Position numbers and translations under genes: made by a program. Shown here piece by piece: positions 11,159 to 24,255 of a DNA stretch of 64,000 nt; position 1 is the stretch's first letter, and every line of letters starts with the position of its first letter. Location: positions 19,934,049 through 19,998,048 of the forward strand of contig NC_069003.1 of the NCBI RefSeq assembly GCF_001194135.2, written 5' to 3'. This stretch comes from Octopus bimaculoides (Eukaryota). A model generated the notes under the pieces. It saw only the letters and a list, made by a program, of their open reading frames with translations, ran no database searches and was not told the origin of the DNA.

Positions 11159-13617
11159 CTTATAAGAATTTTATAAACTTTCAAGAGAATATAAAATAAT
11201 TCTTTTTTGGAATAATGGTTCTCAAAGCACATCACATACAGTTGTAAATATTGGGTTGCAAAAACTCTTTTGCATGTGTGTGTGTGTGTATGCACACATC
11301 TTTGTTTGCCTCTCCGCTGCCTGACAACTGCTATTAGCAATTTGACAAAAGCAGACTAATATATTAAGTACACAAGGCTTAAAGTTACTTCTGGGGTTGA
11401 TTTGTTTCTTCAAGGTAGTGCCGCACTATGATCACAGTCTCAATGACAGAAAAATGAGAGATTAAAAGAATATGTGCAAGTGAGTGCATGCATGCATGCA
11501 TGTTCCTATCCCTGCAACTGTATTTTCTTCACTCTTTCTGATATATCTCTCCTTTTAATGATTGAACAAAGTATTAATTAGAAAGAAGTGAGTAACATCT
11601 TGTTTGCTCATATACATAATTTAGAATTGGAAAAAAAAATACTCATTCTCTTTTCTTTTTGCTGTTGTTTATTTGTTGCTGTTTTTATTTGCTACTTGTA
11701 TTTAATTTCCAGCCTGCTTCAAGGATCTCTTTCAATTAGCTGTTTAAAGATTTTTTTTTTTTTTTGTATGAGCAAAAAGAAAAACCCTAACATTAGAATA
11801 TAATTATATATCTGGAATTCTTTTCCAATTGTTCTTCTATCTGTCATTTCACAGGAAATTTAATGCTGGAGGGTGGGTTGGAAGGAAGTAAAGCTGGTGT
11901 AAACATTTAAAAAAGAAACGTACATAACTAACTCGTTAAGCAAATAGCATAATTATTTAAATATCTTTGTAAAAATAAAATCATCATTAATCATCAACAT
12001 TTATATTAACATCACTTCAGACATTTGAGGGGTGGGGTAGTTTTTTTGTTTGTTATTTTCTCCTATATTGGTGTGAGTGAGACATGTGAATGATATAATT
12101 TGTTTCCAACAATCTTTGGCCAATCCTTCTGCAAATACTACTGATCTCGTGTTAAAAATCTGAACTCATATTCTCATTGAAAGACTAGGAATCATTTATT
12201 ATCAAAAATTCAATATTTCTATTCTTGCCAAAGCCATAAAGCTTTTATGATAGACTAAGGACCACATGGTCTTTTTAATAGGCTCTATTCTCTTGCCCGC
12301 ATTCTGACTGAGTATTCAGTTTTTTTAAGAGTTTTTTTTTTAATTGCTAAATCGGAAAGGAGAGCAATGGCTACAATCCTCCTCAGAGTCTCTGAGAAAG
12401 GTGAGAAGGAAAGGGAAAGGTATCCTCAAACTGGAGACTTGGCCCAAATACTAGCAATGTGGACTATATTAAAAATATGCAAGAGCCAGGAGGTGTGTTA
12501 AATCAGGTGATATATTATTAAGTCTATCACCCAAGAAGGCCACTGTGTTATTTGAACCAAGAACATAATGAAACAAAGCAAATATTGCAAGTCATCCTGT
12601 CTGATGTTCCAATGATTCTGACAGTCCACCGACTTTAATTGGTACTTAATTGATCAACCCCAGAAGGTTGAAAAGTTTGAGACTGACTGTTCTTCCTTCT
12701 ACAGCAATCTGAGAGTTGTCATTTTCTCTTCACTGTTTCTCACCAATCTAGGACCCCATGTAACAATGAAAAACATAGTGAGAGGGGTCATGGAAGTTGT
12801 TCTTCTTTCTTTAAGACATCAACAATGAAAAAAAGAAAACAAGTCAGCAATATTGTCTTTCCTCCTGTCACCAACCTTGTATTCAAACCCCCATATCTCA
12901 CATTGATCTTATTCTCCAAAATGTGGGTCCTTCAGAATTCCCTTCATATTTGGTCTTTCTTGCAGATGTTGCCTTACAAAAAAGTTCAAGAGGAACATTA
13001 ATAGCATCAGTCCCACAGGTCGAGGTGGGCCCACAAAGGTCATAGGTGCTATCGCTTTCTCCTAGACCCAGCAAGTAAAATGGGAAAAAAAAAGTACAAC
13101 AGCATATATTTCGGGGTCATTTTAAGTTAATTACTTCTCCAAATATCACACTACATGCTCAATAGAGTTGATGAAGTGGTACAACAGGAAAAATTAAACA
13201 CTTTGGGTAGAAATGGCATGGAAGAAGACTGGTGATGACATAGACAAAAATGGCAAGAGTTGATTTCAGGATGCTGAACCTTAGCAAAAATGACAGAAGA
13301 AAGCAAAAAAGTGATGATATGTTGCAGCAGCAGCAGCGGAGGAGGAGGAGGAGGAGGATTACTTTATGTGCTTACAAAACTATATCTTCCTTAACAATAG
13401 TATGTTGAAGTTTACATGATTATGTTTTATCAAATAGAAAAGTACTGGTAGTTAGAGAAATACATTCTCCAAGATAAAGTTGTGTTTATATTTACCAAAC
13501 AGACTTTTTCCGTACAGAACTGCTGCAAGCTTTCTTAAATTATTTATATCCTTACAGAATTGTGTTACTTCTGATTATTAGCAAAAATCTGGAATGTGTC
13601 AATGAAGCAACCAGTAC

Positions 13618-13752
13618 ATGAGCCAACAAAAGAGTCCCTGATGAGCCAACAGGGGAATCTCTAACAAGCCAAGGGAGTCTTTAACAAGTTAATAAGGGAG
13701 TCTCTAATGCTCCAACAAAGAGTCTTTAATGACCCAGTGAGGGAACATCTAT
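13618..13752. repeat. Degenerate ~22-bp minisatellite, about 6 units
   Basis: atgagccaacaaaagagtccctg / atgagccaacaggggaatctcta / acaagccaagggagtcttta / ... Confidence 0.65.
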
Positions 13753-14714
13753 ATGGTCTCCAATATGTTTAGAAATAACAGCCAAATCCACTTCAAATTA
13801 CACCCCATTATCTTGAAACAGTAAAACACAAATGATAATGTAGTCCCTGATGCTCAAAAATCAAATGCTAAAATGGTCTTGGCTGGAATGTTTTTGATTA
13901 TAGGCCTGCTAGATCGGGGCTATTCTGGAACTCAACATCAACCATTAAATGAATAATTTACATAGTCTTATAAATCAAGATTAAAAATGGCAAACACTGA
14001 AACAATGTGAAATTTGAGTCTCATAATGGACAGAAGTGAAATAAATAAACAAGGAATATATGAAAACAAAACAATAGAATAAAATTAAATTAAACAAAAA
14101 GTATAAAGTAGCGAAGTCATTATCTGATCTTAGACATGTAGAGTTTATCTCATTTGTTGAAACAAACCTAATCTTGAACAACAACAACAAACATTGCCCC
14201 TCACTGCTCCTATCTTTATTAATCCTTATCATTACCATGTTTTTTTTTAATGTTTCTATTAGTAATGACACACTTTTAATGTATATTTCTTTGGCTGGTT
14301 GGCTGGCTGGAATGGTCTCAAATATCAGCACTATAACATGAATTTTTACCAATGAAAAGAAGAAACAAAAAAAAAAATAAAATAAAAACAATCTTTTATA
14401 TGAATTATTGATAAAAAGCTGGAAATAAATCTAACTGGTTTTTCATACTGAACTATTATACCATATTATATCAATTTCTCTGATGTAAGGCCATGGATTT
14501 ACATATAACAAATGTAAAATATGTTGAACCAGTGGGAAAGTCTCTACACAGTCAGCCAAACTTCCAGAAATAGCAGCCAAATTTCTCTCAAAATACACCT
14601 TGCCATTTAAAAAAGAAGAAAAAGAGCACATTATGTACTTCTTGATACACAATGTCAATCGCTGAGTATTTCACAGTCGTGTCTACCCACAACAAAATAT
14701 TCAGGCTGAATCAG

Positions 14715-15048
14715 TTGTAGTATGCCAGAGAGATGGCTACATTGGTATGGACATGTAATGTGTATGGATAATGATGACAAATGAATAAAGTGGTCTCAAG
14801 AGATCCATGTGGAAAGACCCAGCAAAAGAGGAAAACCTAGGAAGACATGGACAGAAGTGGTAAAAGCTTATCACAGGATGCTGAACTTCACAAAGGAGAT
14901 GATAAAGGACTGCAACAAGTGGCAGGATGCTTTGTTGAAGAGGACACATCTAACTCATGCAGGCATGGAAAACGAGTTTAAAAATGATGATGATGATGAT
15001 AATGATGATGATGATGATAATGATGATGATGATGATAATGATGATGAT
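14715..15048 (+). mobile_element. RTE LINE 3' end with an expanded (GAT/AAT) tail
   Basis: Encodes HWYGHVM...RGKPRKTWTEVVK, followed by catgcaggcatggaaaacg and a period-18 gatgatgatgatgataat tail. Confidence 0.8.
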
Positions 15049-15454
15049 TAATCAGCATGATACAGTGAAACAAGGCTGGACCTTCATAGTGCAGATATGA
15101 TCCATTTTACTGGCTCAGCAGAGTTTCCATCAAGCCAAGTTCATTCAAAAGACTTGAATAAAAGACACATACCCAAGATACCAAAATATAATTTCAGATT
15201 AAATGTGAATATAAACAACTTAAAGCAGTGCTCCAGCATGGCCACAGTCACATGACTGAAACAAGTAAAAGAATAAAAGAATAAAAGAATAAGCTTCTGC
15301 ATTCTGATTATTTTCATTAATATTGGCAATATTCTTCACTTTTCAGATTTTAAATTCTGGTAAAATTTTCATACATTAGATTGAGAGCTTTTCCTGATTA
15401 GATAACAAATGCAATTTGCATTTTCACAATTCATCATCTATTAATATCCATCTT

Positions 15455-15780
15455 CTATAGTGGTATGGGTTGGAACAGCTTCACAGGATTCAACAGGGCT
15501 TTGGCACAGTTTCTATTTCTATGGCTGGAAATGTCTGCTTTGGCATAGTTTCTATTTCTATGACTGGAAGCCCTTCCTAATGCCAATCACTTTACAATGT
15601 GAAATGGTTTCTTTTTTGTGGCACCAGCACAAATGAGGTTACCACATAGCTTGTGAGACTAAGATCCCTTTTGACTAAATGAGTACAGAGAAATGCAGCT
15701 TCATGCTAGGTGGTGAGAGGTTAAAGTATGAAAGAAGGGATCAGAGAAAGTTTCTTGCTGTAGAGAAGATACAGTAATCT
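15455..15780 (-). mobile_element. RTE 3'-UTR-derived fragment containing a 41-bp tandem duplication
   Basis: Contains cccttcctaatgccaatcact; gctttggcacagtttctatttctatgg is repeated at ~15498 and ~15537. Confidence 0.55.
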
Positions 15781-16756
15781 ATAAAAATTGTTATTGGATA
15801 TACAGAAACATCAGAATTGTGAAAATACAAATCATATTCATTATCTAATCAGAAAAACTCCCAAAATTCTACCAGAATTTAAAATATAAAAAGTGAAGAA
15901 TATTGCAAATATCAATGAAAAGAAACAAAATACAAAAGTTGTTTATATTCAGATTTAATCTGAAATAATATTTATTATTTTTCTTTTAAATCTTATTCAT
16001 TAATATTATGCACAAATATTTTATGACTGAAGAAAAGGTCATACATACATATATGGGTACATAAGTGTATGTGTATATGTATGCATACATATACCTACTT
16101 ACATACGCACAACAATGTATACAATTCAAACCACTTTTTTTTTATCTATGTTTTGTAAAAAAGACAATTTTTTACCATAAATCTTAATTCCTTAAATAAT
16201 AATAAAACTTCAAAAACAAACTTTTAGAGAAGGTAGAGATGATGTTTTCAAGTTCAGACATTTCTAAAGAGTATCAGCAACATACAAGAGACAGTGCCAA
16301 GAAAGAATTCAGTCACTAAGAATTTATTACTGCTTTACTTTACACATACCTCATTCAACGAGGACATCCCTAGAAGTTGCTCAATGAGCAAGAAATAGCA
16401 ACTAAATCTCACTGTTATCAAACCCTACCATCTTGAAAAAAGAAAGTATACATTATATAATGTATCTCTAGATATGCTATGCCAAAAAAATGTATCACTG
16501 CAAAAATTTTATTGGCAAAATATGCTCTATAAAGAAAGTTATGAAGAAACAAAGTCAGTGGATGGGAGCCCTTAAACTATACATATACTGTCATAACAAT
16601 GCACTGTTACACAATATAATTACATATATGATGTTTGAAATAACATACATCTCTGTGGTTAACATGGAGTTGACTTAGAGTGATTGACTGGAGATAATCT
16701 GAGGTTGAACAAAAGAAAACAAAAAGGAAAATAGTGAGTATGAGATACTAATTTTT

Positions 16757-16927
16757 TTTCTTTTACTTCTTTCAATCATTTGACTGCAGCCATGCTGGAG
16801 CACTGCCTTTAGTCGAACAAATTGTCCCAGGACTTATTCTTTGTAAGCCTCATACTTATTCTATCAGTCTCTTTTGCCAACATACCAACATCGGTTGTCA
16901 AGCAATAGTGGGTAGACACACACAAAC

Positions 16928-16958
<31 letters not shown>

Positions 16959-17132
16959 ACAGGCTTCTTTCAGTTTCCATCTACCAAATCCACTCACAAG
17001 GCTTCGGTCAGCCCGAGGCTATAGTGGAAGACACTTTCCCAANNNNNNNNNNAGAGTTACACAGTGGGACTGAACCTGGAACCATGTGGTTGGGAAGCAA
17101 GCTTCTTACCATACAGCCACACCTGCACCTAT
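16757..17132 (-). mobile_element. Near full-length SINE-A starting ~40 bp downstream of the MPDZ donor site
   Basis: Head, core, internal (TA)n and aagagt/aaaga-type tail are all present; a 10-N gap lies at 17043-17052. Confidence 0.9.
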
Positions 17133-17173
17133 AATGTAAATATAAAAAAAAAAAAAAAAAAAGACATCCTTAC

Positions 17174-17681
17174 CTTGCTGCAACACTTCCAGGTTGTATG
17201 TCATTGATATAAATTACTGAATCATCTTTGCCAGGATCTTTCATACCAACTACTCCAAATCCTAATCCACTATTCTCTGGCTTGTATAATTTAATGTGAA
17301 CAAGGGATCTTCCTTTGGCTGCTGATTCAATGGCTTTCTGAACTTCCTGTTTGTATTCTTCGGTGATGATAGTTCCAGTTGGGTGTGAACTATCTGGTAG
17401 TTCCAGTGTAGTATTGCATTTGAGACTGCTTATAGCTTTGTCATTAAGATTTAGAACCAAATCACCAGTTTTGGTGAAGCTGTAGCAATCATCAGGGATT
17501 GGTTGAGTCTCTAATACTTGTGTTAATTCATCAACGGAATCTAATAGATTGATAATCTGTTGAAATACAGGGCTTCCAAGCATGCATATCATTGATGTCA
17601 GGTCATCATTCATAACGTTGATACCTTGGGAATGAAGTTTAGTTTCAATATTTCGAAGACTCTCCACTGCATGCTGGGAAT
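17174..17681 (-). CDS. MPDZ: Internal coding exon of an MPDZ/PATJ-family multi-PDZ protein: L27 domain, linker and N-terminal half of PDZ1
   Basis: The translation DSQHAVESLRNIETKLHSQG...MLGSPVFQQIINLLDSVDELTQVL resembles the N-terminal L27 of MPDZ/Patj. IKLYKPENSGLGFGVVGMK...IYINDIQPGSVAAR is a PDZ with a GLGF loop. Acceptor tattttcttctttgtttag|AT (phase 1), donor GCAGCAAG|gtaagg (phase 2); 508 nt = 2+504+2. MPDZ versus PATJ orthology cannot be resolved from this exon alone. Confidence 0.93.
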
Positions 17682-17784
17682 CTAAACAAAGAAGAAAATA
17701 GAACTCGGTATACAACTGAATAAAATCCATTCAAAAATGAACTAAATATGATTCTTTTAATGATATTTTATAAAATAATAATAA

Positions 17785-17990
17785 TGGTTTCAAATTTTAT
17801 CACAAGGCCAGCAATTTCGGGCAGGGGATAAGTCAATTACATCAACCCCAGTGCTCAACTGGTATTTATTTTACTGACCCCAAAAGGATAAAAGGCAAAG
17901 TCGACCTCGGAAGCATTTGAGCTCAGAATGTAAAGGCAGATGTAATACCACTAAACATTTTGCCCAGTGTGGTAACAATCTACTATAACA
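17785..17990 (-). mobile_element. SINE-B ~100 bp upstream of the MPDZ acceptor site
   Basis: aaaggcaaagtcgacctcgg...atttgagctcagaatgtaaag, with a TAA tail. Confidence 0.85.
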
Positions 17991-18659
17991 CTCTTGTGTT
18001 TTTCTCTGTCACAACATATGAATGAGAAAGGAAAGGGTGATAGATGAAGAAGGAAGGAAGGAAGGAAGGGGTGATGACAAACTAGTAGTGGAATAATGGA
18101 AATTCCACGGTGAAAAAAAAATCAAACAGCATTTCAAATCTGTGTGAGTATATGTGCGTATGTGTGTGTACAAGGGAAGTATGTGAATGTTTGTATGTGT
18201 GAACCAGCGTTCTTTCAGTAACAAATGATGATTGATGTCACATCTCAAAAGACAACAACTAGATAACATTGACAAATGTATTAATTTGATTTACCATCCA
18301 TATTCTATCTGTTTTGTTAAAAATAATTATTACAATCACACACACCTACACAAACATATACAAACTCATTAGAGAAAATAATTATTGCCTGAGTGTATCA
18401 AGAATATAAAACAACTGCAATTGAAAGGTATATTATACATTTGGTAATTAAAGAATTATTAAACTAAAACCTTGGTTTTGTACCTTATTTATATATAAAA
18501 TACAATTAGCTGTCATTTTTGATGGCACGAGGCCAGCCAGTAATAATGATAATGATTTTATTTAATTTGTCACTAGGGCAGATGAGGGGGACAATACAAA
18601 AACAGACACAAAGTGTGGAGATTTACTAATAACAATAATAATAATAATAATAATAATAA

Positions 18660-19397
18660 GGCACATGAATGTTGGTAAGTAGGAGCAGAAACCTCTGCAT
18701 GTCAAATATGTGGCCCATAGCAAAGAAGCTGATGTTGATCAGAAGCACACCCATCAGTGGCTATGGAACTCAGGGCTAAAGGGAGAGAGTAAAGGTTTCA
18801 TCTTTGTTGCACAAGATCAAAGCTTATTGAGCTGGAAGTACCAAACCAATGTGATGAAAAATGGAGTAGACCCTAAATGCCAATACTGCAGCGATGTGAT
18901 TGAAACAGTGGACCACCTAATTTTTGGATGTAAAGTTTGAGCACTAGTGGAGTATAAATCTGGACATGACAGAATTAGCCAATATCTACACTGGTTAATA
19001 TGTCAGTATCATAAAATCAAAACTGTCAAGAAGAGGTATAATCACCACCCTGAAGCTGTAACTGAAGGAGAAAACGTAGCGATTCTTTGACACTTTCCAG
19101 TATAATACAAACTGAACTATCAAAGCTAATAAACCAGATGTTGTGAAAGACCAAAACAACAAAGTTTGTTTGCTTAGAAATATATAAAGATTTGCTCATT
19201 GAAAAAATGCAGCATTTCAAGGCACTTACAAAACCAGTGATTATAGGAACACTTGGAATGATTAAAAAAAGAACTGAAAATAATTTGAGAATGATCCCTG
19301 GCTAGCCATCCACACAAGAAGTGCGAAAGATCATTTTAACTGGTACATCACATATACTGAAAAGAGCATTGTCACTATGAGAATGATTATCACACAT
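18660..19397 (+). mobile_element. 5'-truncated, decayed R4/Dong-clade (RLE-type) non-LTR retrotransposon
   Basis: Encodes THQWLWNSGLKGESKGFIFVAQDQSL, a CCHC-type knuckle (KCQYCSDVIETVDHLIFGC), GHDRISQYLHWLIC (RHD-like), KPDVV-KD (PD..D nuclease) and VIIGTLG. Stops and frameshifts are present, and it is flanked by TAA runs. Confidence 0.85.
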
Positions 19398-19419
19398 ACC
19401 AGTTTGCTACCTTAATAAT

Positions 19420-19925
19420 AATAATAATTTTGGCACAAGGTCAGCAATTTTGTTGGAGGAGGAAAGTCTATTACATCAACCTAAACACTCAACTGGTACT
19501 TATTTTATTGACTCTGAAAGGATGAAAGGTGAAGCTGACCTCAGCAAAATTTAAACTCAGGATGTAAAGATGGACAAAATGCCACTAAGCATTTTGTCTG
19601 GCATGCTAATAATTCTGCCAGTTTGCTGCCTTAATAATAATAATAATGGTGGTTTCAAATTTTGGCACAAGATCAGTAACTTTGGGGGAGGGTGTAAGTC
19701 AATTACATTGATCTCAGTTCTAAACTGACACTAATTTTATTGACCTCAAAAGGATGAAAGGCAAAGTTGACCTCAGCAGCATTTGAACTCAGAATGTAAG
19801 GACAGAATGATAACAACAACAATACTTGTACAAAATTTTGGTATAGGGCTAGTAATTTTAGGGAGAGGGGAGGTTTGTTGGTGATACCAACCCCAGTGCT
19901 TAACTAGTATTCACTTTATTAACCT
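19420..19925 (-). mobile_element. Three head-to-tail SINE-B copies
   Basis: Recurring ttttggcacaagg...actggtacttattttattga...gatgaaagg...gacctcagc...aactcag units. Confidence 0.8.
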
Positions 19926-21269
19926 TTAAAAAAAAAGAAATACTAATTTGAATCTATTGCAAAACATTACTCAAATTCAGTGCAACCTATCATGAGAAAT
20001 ACAAACAGAAAGAGAGCCATAAAGGGAAAAACTATGTATAGTTTCCAGTACTGGAAAATGGCAGAAATCATGAAATTTTTAGAGGATACAGTATTTTGAC
20101 AGTTAACATCTCACATGGTTTATTCCATGCTTCAGCAATTCTGAACATGAGAAAAAAGTGTTTCCAAAAAATTTTTAAATTACATCAAAAGTCAACTGTA
20201 GGGATACAAATAAATTAATAAATAAAATATAAAATTATAGTAAATAAACTAATTTTAAAATTTTTAGAAAATTATAATTTTTTTATTTTGTTTTTATGCG
20301 GACTAATGAACTGTGTATAAGAACTGATACTATGTAGAATCAATATGGGGTGTGATGGGATGAAAAGCGATCGACAGTAGTTGAAGAGAAATAAAATGTC
20401 TACTGCTAACTCAAATATGGAATATTAATTTATGCAAAGGGTTTGATATAGCTCAGTTGAAAGAAATGAATGATCATTAAAGTGTAATTTATTAAGATGG
20501 ATGATTAAATAATTGCAGTGGTAAGAACATTTAGATTGAATAAACTAGAATATTGTCATATGATGGATAACTTTTACCACCATGGATAATATCAGGAAAT
20601 ATGGAATATATACAATAATTACACCGAGTAATAATAATTTTTTTTTTTTTTGTCTTTGGTTAATTAGTGTTATTATCTATTGCTTCTATCTGGAAATCAA
20701 AGGTAATGACTATTATTCCCTTCAAATTTCACTTTTGTGACCAGGACATGAATGTTTTGAAACTGACCTATTTTCCATTACATTTCAGACAGATTCAGTG
20801 CTGAGTTGCTGAAGCAGAAATATCATTATAGTAAATATTCTGCTCAATAGCACAGATTTGTTTGTCAGTTATTTGACCATAACCACTTGAGCATGTCCCT
20901 CAGTAACTGACAATATTCGAGGATGACTTCGCCACTGTTTCTAGTCATTCGAACACAAGCTGGAATAATTAACACAAGGCTTTTCATCCAGCTCCGCCTT
21001 TAAATCTTACTGAAGTCAGTTTTGTCATCCTTCCAGTGTTGACCCATAAAGTACCACTCTACCCTGCCCCTGCCATGGCCTATCTGAGTGGTAGTCTTAA
21101 TCCATCACTCAGTTTAACAACCCCACCTGGTATCCTTAGGTATCTTTAGTCCTTCTCTCCATCTGTCTCAGAGGTCCTGTAAAGAGTCATCAGTGCTGCC
21201 CTTCCTCCTGACTAAAACAAAATAAAAAGAGAGGTGGCAACAAGGCTACTGGTTGATGTTGACTGACAG

Positions 21270-22400
21270 CTCTCAATACATTTGCACTTTACTGTACATA
21301 TGCACTGATGTTGCACATCAAACAGAGCATACTACCTTCATTTCTCTCCAGTCTACACAGGTCTTCTGCATTCAGAACCCATGTCTCACTACCATGGAGT
21401 ATAGCCATTCATACACAAGCATCATATAGTCTACCTTTCACTCTGAGAGAGAGAGAGTCCTTTTATTGCCAACAGTGGTAATAGCTCTCTGAACTTCCTC
21501 CACCCTATTCTTATTCTAGAAACAATACTTTCAGAGCATCCTCTACCATTGCTAATTCGGTCACCTAGGTAACAGAAACTATCTACAACCACAAGAGAGC
21601 CTCCTGGGCACTTGAGAGAATCTTAATTCCTCTGTGCTCTTAGTGCTAATTGTTCCTGCATATCTGCCACATACAAAGACTACTTTATCTGTTAATCTAC
21701 CTGTGGTTCCACTGCACCTATTACGTGTCCATAGTTTACACTGGGTGCAGAGAATGGAATTTCTTCCAACTCCTTTCCTATATATTGAGCAGGGCCATTT
21801 ACCTGATGGAAAGAGAGTTTTATCTTATTTCTTACTAACAACAACTTTGGTCGTAGCTAGGTTACCTTTAAGGCCTTTTGATTCCAGGTTCTGTTTCCAT
21901 ACCTGGAAGTTCTTCTCCACTTCTACTAAAGATTCTGTAATAAGAGCAAGGTCATCGGCATATAGCAGTTCCCACAGGCACCCAGTTTTGAATTTCTCTG
22001 TTATGGCTTGGAAAACTATAATGAATAAGAGTGAGCTGAGAACGGAGTCCTGGTGAACCCCTACCTGTACACTAAATGCATCACTGCATTCATGGTCGAC
22101 TCTCACCTTACTGACAGCACCACTGTACATGGCTTGTACAGCTCTAACAAGCCACTCCGTTACTCCTTACTTCCTCAGAGACCATCATATAACAAAGCGG
22201 GGAACTCTGTCAAAAGCTTTCTCCAGATCAACGAAGGCTAAGTACAATGGCTTGCTTTTGGCCGAGTACTTTTCCTGCAGCTGTCTCACTAGGAAGACGG
22301 CATCTGTGGTACTATTCCGAGGTATAAAACCAAACTGCATCTCATTGAGTTTAATTCTATTTCTAATCAATTTAGCTTTAACTCTCTCAGCAATTTAACA
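21270..22400 (-). mobile_element. RTE LINE fragment containing the RT core
   Basis: Minus-strand ORFs encode QFGFIPRNSTTDAVFLVRQLQEKY...LAFVDLEKAFDRV and VGVHQDSVLSSLLF...LLYADDLAL. Confidence 0.92.
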
Positions 22401-22789
22401 CCTCTGTAGTTGTTTCTAAAGCATCACCTTTACCCAGGTAATAGATACTTAAATTTTCAGTTATAGAATGCTCTCAAAAACTTTTTACATTTAAGGGTGT
22501 GGGCAGTGTCTGTTCCTATAAAATTTTAAGTAATAAAGAGCTGGGCTGACCTATTATAAAATGCTTACAGCTCCAACTAAATGTGTTCAGTGCTACTTTT
22601 TCCTTTCATTTGTTCACCTTATGTGTCTATATATGTATATGTGTGTGTGTATGTGTGTATATAGATATATATGTGTGTATATATGTGTATATTTTGTTCG
22701 TGTGGACTATACCAAACTGGCTTGGTGCCTCACTTTAAGTACCTAATTCAACTGAATCTTAATTATATTATATGTATGTATATATGTCA

Positions 22790-24080
22790 TCATCATTTAA
22801 TGTCTGCTGTCCATGCTGGCATGGGTTGGAAATTTGACCAAGGCTGGCAAGTTGGAAGGCTGCACCAGACTCCAGTCTGATTTGGCCTGGTTTCTACAGG
22901 TGGATGCCCTTCCTAACACCAACCATTCCAAGAGTGTAATGGATGTCCTTACGTGGAACAAGCATGGGTGCCATTTGTGTGACACCAGTATCTGTTGTGA
23001 CTGTGATCTTACTTGGTTTGATGGGTTTTTTTCTCAAGCACAACATAATGCCAAGGTCTCAGTCATTCATCATTGCCTCTGTGAGATCCATCACTCAAAA
23101 AGAGCTTTTCATGTGCCACCAACATTGACCACTTCATTCCGTGAGGCCCAATGCTCAAAGGTGTTTTTTACGTGCCAGTTACATGACACCAGCATCAGCC
23201 ACAACTATGATTTCACGTGGCTTCACAGGTCTTCTCAAGCAACGCATATCACCAAAAGTCTTGGTCACTAGTCACTGCCGCTGTGAGGCCCAAAGTTCAA
23301 AGATCATGTTTAACCACTTCATCCTATGTCTTCCTGGGTCTACCATTATCACAGGTTCTCCCCCACAGTTAGAGATCAGCACTCCTTTACACAGCTGTCC
23401 TCATCCATGTGCACCACATGACCATACCAGTACAGTTGTCTCTCTTGCACACCACATCCAATACCTCCTATGCCCAACTTTTCTCTCAAGATGCTTACAC
23501 TCTGTGGTACATGCATACTGACATTGCACATCAGCAAAGCATACTGGCTTCATTTCTTTCAAGCCTACACATGTCCTTGGCTGTCAGCAGCCCTTGTTTC
23601 ACTGCCAAGTAGCACAGTTGTCTGCACACAGGCATCATACAATCTGCCTTTCACTCTGAGGAAGAGGCCTTTTGTTGCCAGCAGAGGTAGGAGTTCTCTG
23701 AACTTTGCCCAGCCTATTCTTATTCTCACAGCTATGCTCTCAGAGCATCCACCTCCACTACCTCTAGCTTACCTGCCTGGCAGTTGATGGAGACTATTTT
23801 CTGTACATTTCCAGTGTTTATTGTACCTGTGCATCTTCCACACGCAAAAGCTATTTTCCTGTTAATCTTCCTCTGATACTGCTGCACTTATATGTGTCCA
23901 TAGCTAACACCAAGTACATCGTATGGATTTTCTACCTACACCTTTTCTACAGATCAAGCAGAGCCATCTACCTGAAGGGATTTGTAATTTGTCTGCCCTC
24001 CTACTAACTAAGACCTTGGTGTTTTGCAAAGTTAACTCTAGACCTTGCTTCCGAACTTGAGTATTCTTCTCTAGTTCAGA
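22790..24080 (-). mobile_element. RTE LINE 3' portion with internally duplicated 3' blocks and (GAT)n tail
   Basis: Homologous to 27900-29270; the tail catcatcatttaatgtc lies at 22790. Confidence 0.88.
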
Positions 24081-24099
24081 TAGTGATATATATATATAT

Positions 24100-24255
24100 C
24101 ATCATCATTGTTTAATGTCTGCTTTCCATGCTGGCATGGGTCGGACGGTTTGACTGAGGGCTGGCAAGCCAGGAGGCTGCACCAGGCTCCAATCTGATCT
24201 GGCAAGGTTTCTACAGCTGGATGCCCTTCCTAACGCCAACCACTCCAAGAGTGTA
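24100..24255 (-). mobile_element. RTE 3' tail fragment
   Basis: catcatcattgtttaatgtctgctttccatgctggcatggg...cccttcctaacgccaacc. Confidence 0.8.

Noticed and set aside
12180-13080. Possible highly decayed RTE 5' or endonuclease remnants (similar pieces at ~21000-21230 and ~54620-54790)
   Set aside because: The similarity among the pieces is visible, but it is too degraded to assign boundaries or protein motifs by eye.
17682-17730. N-terminal extension MDFIQLYTEFYFLLCL of the ORF-track protein
   Set aside because: It is the intronic polypyrimidine tract upstream of a clear AG acceptor, not a real start.
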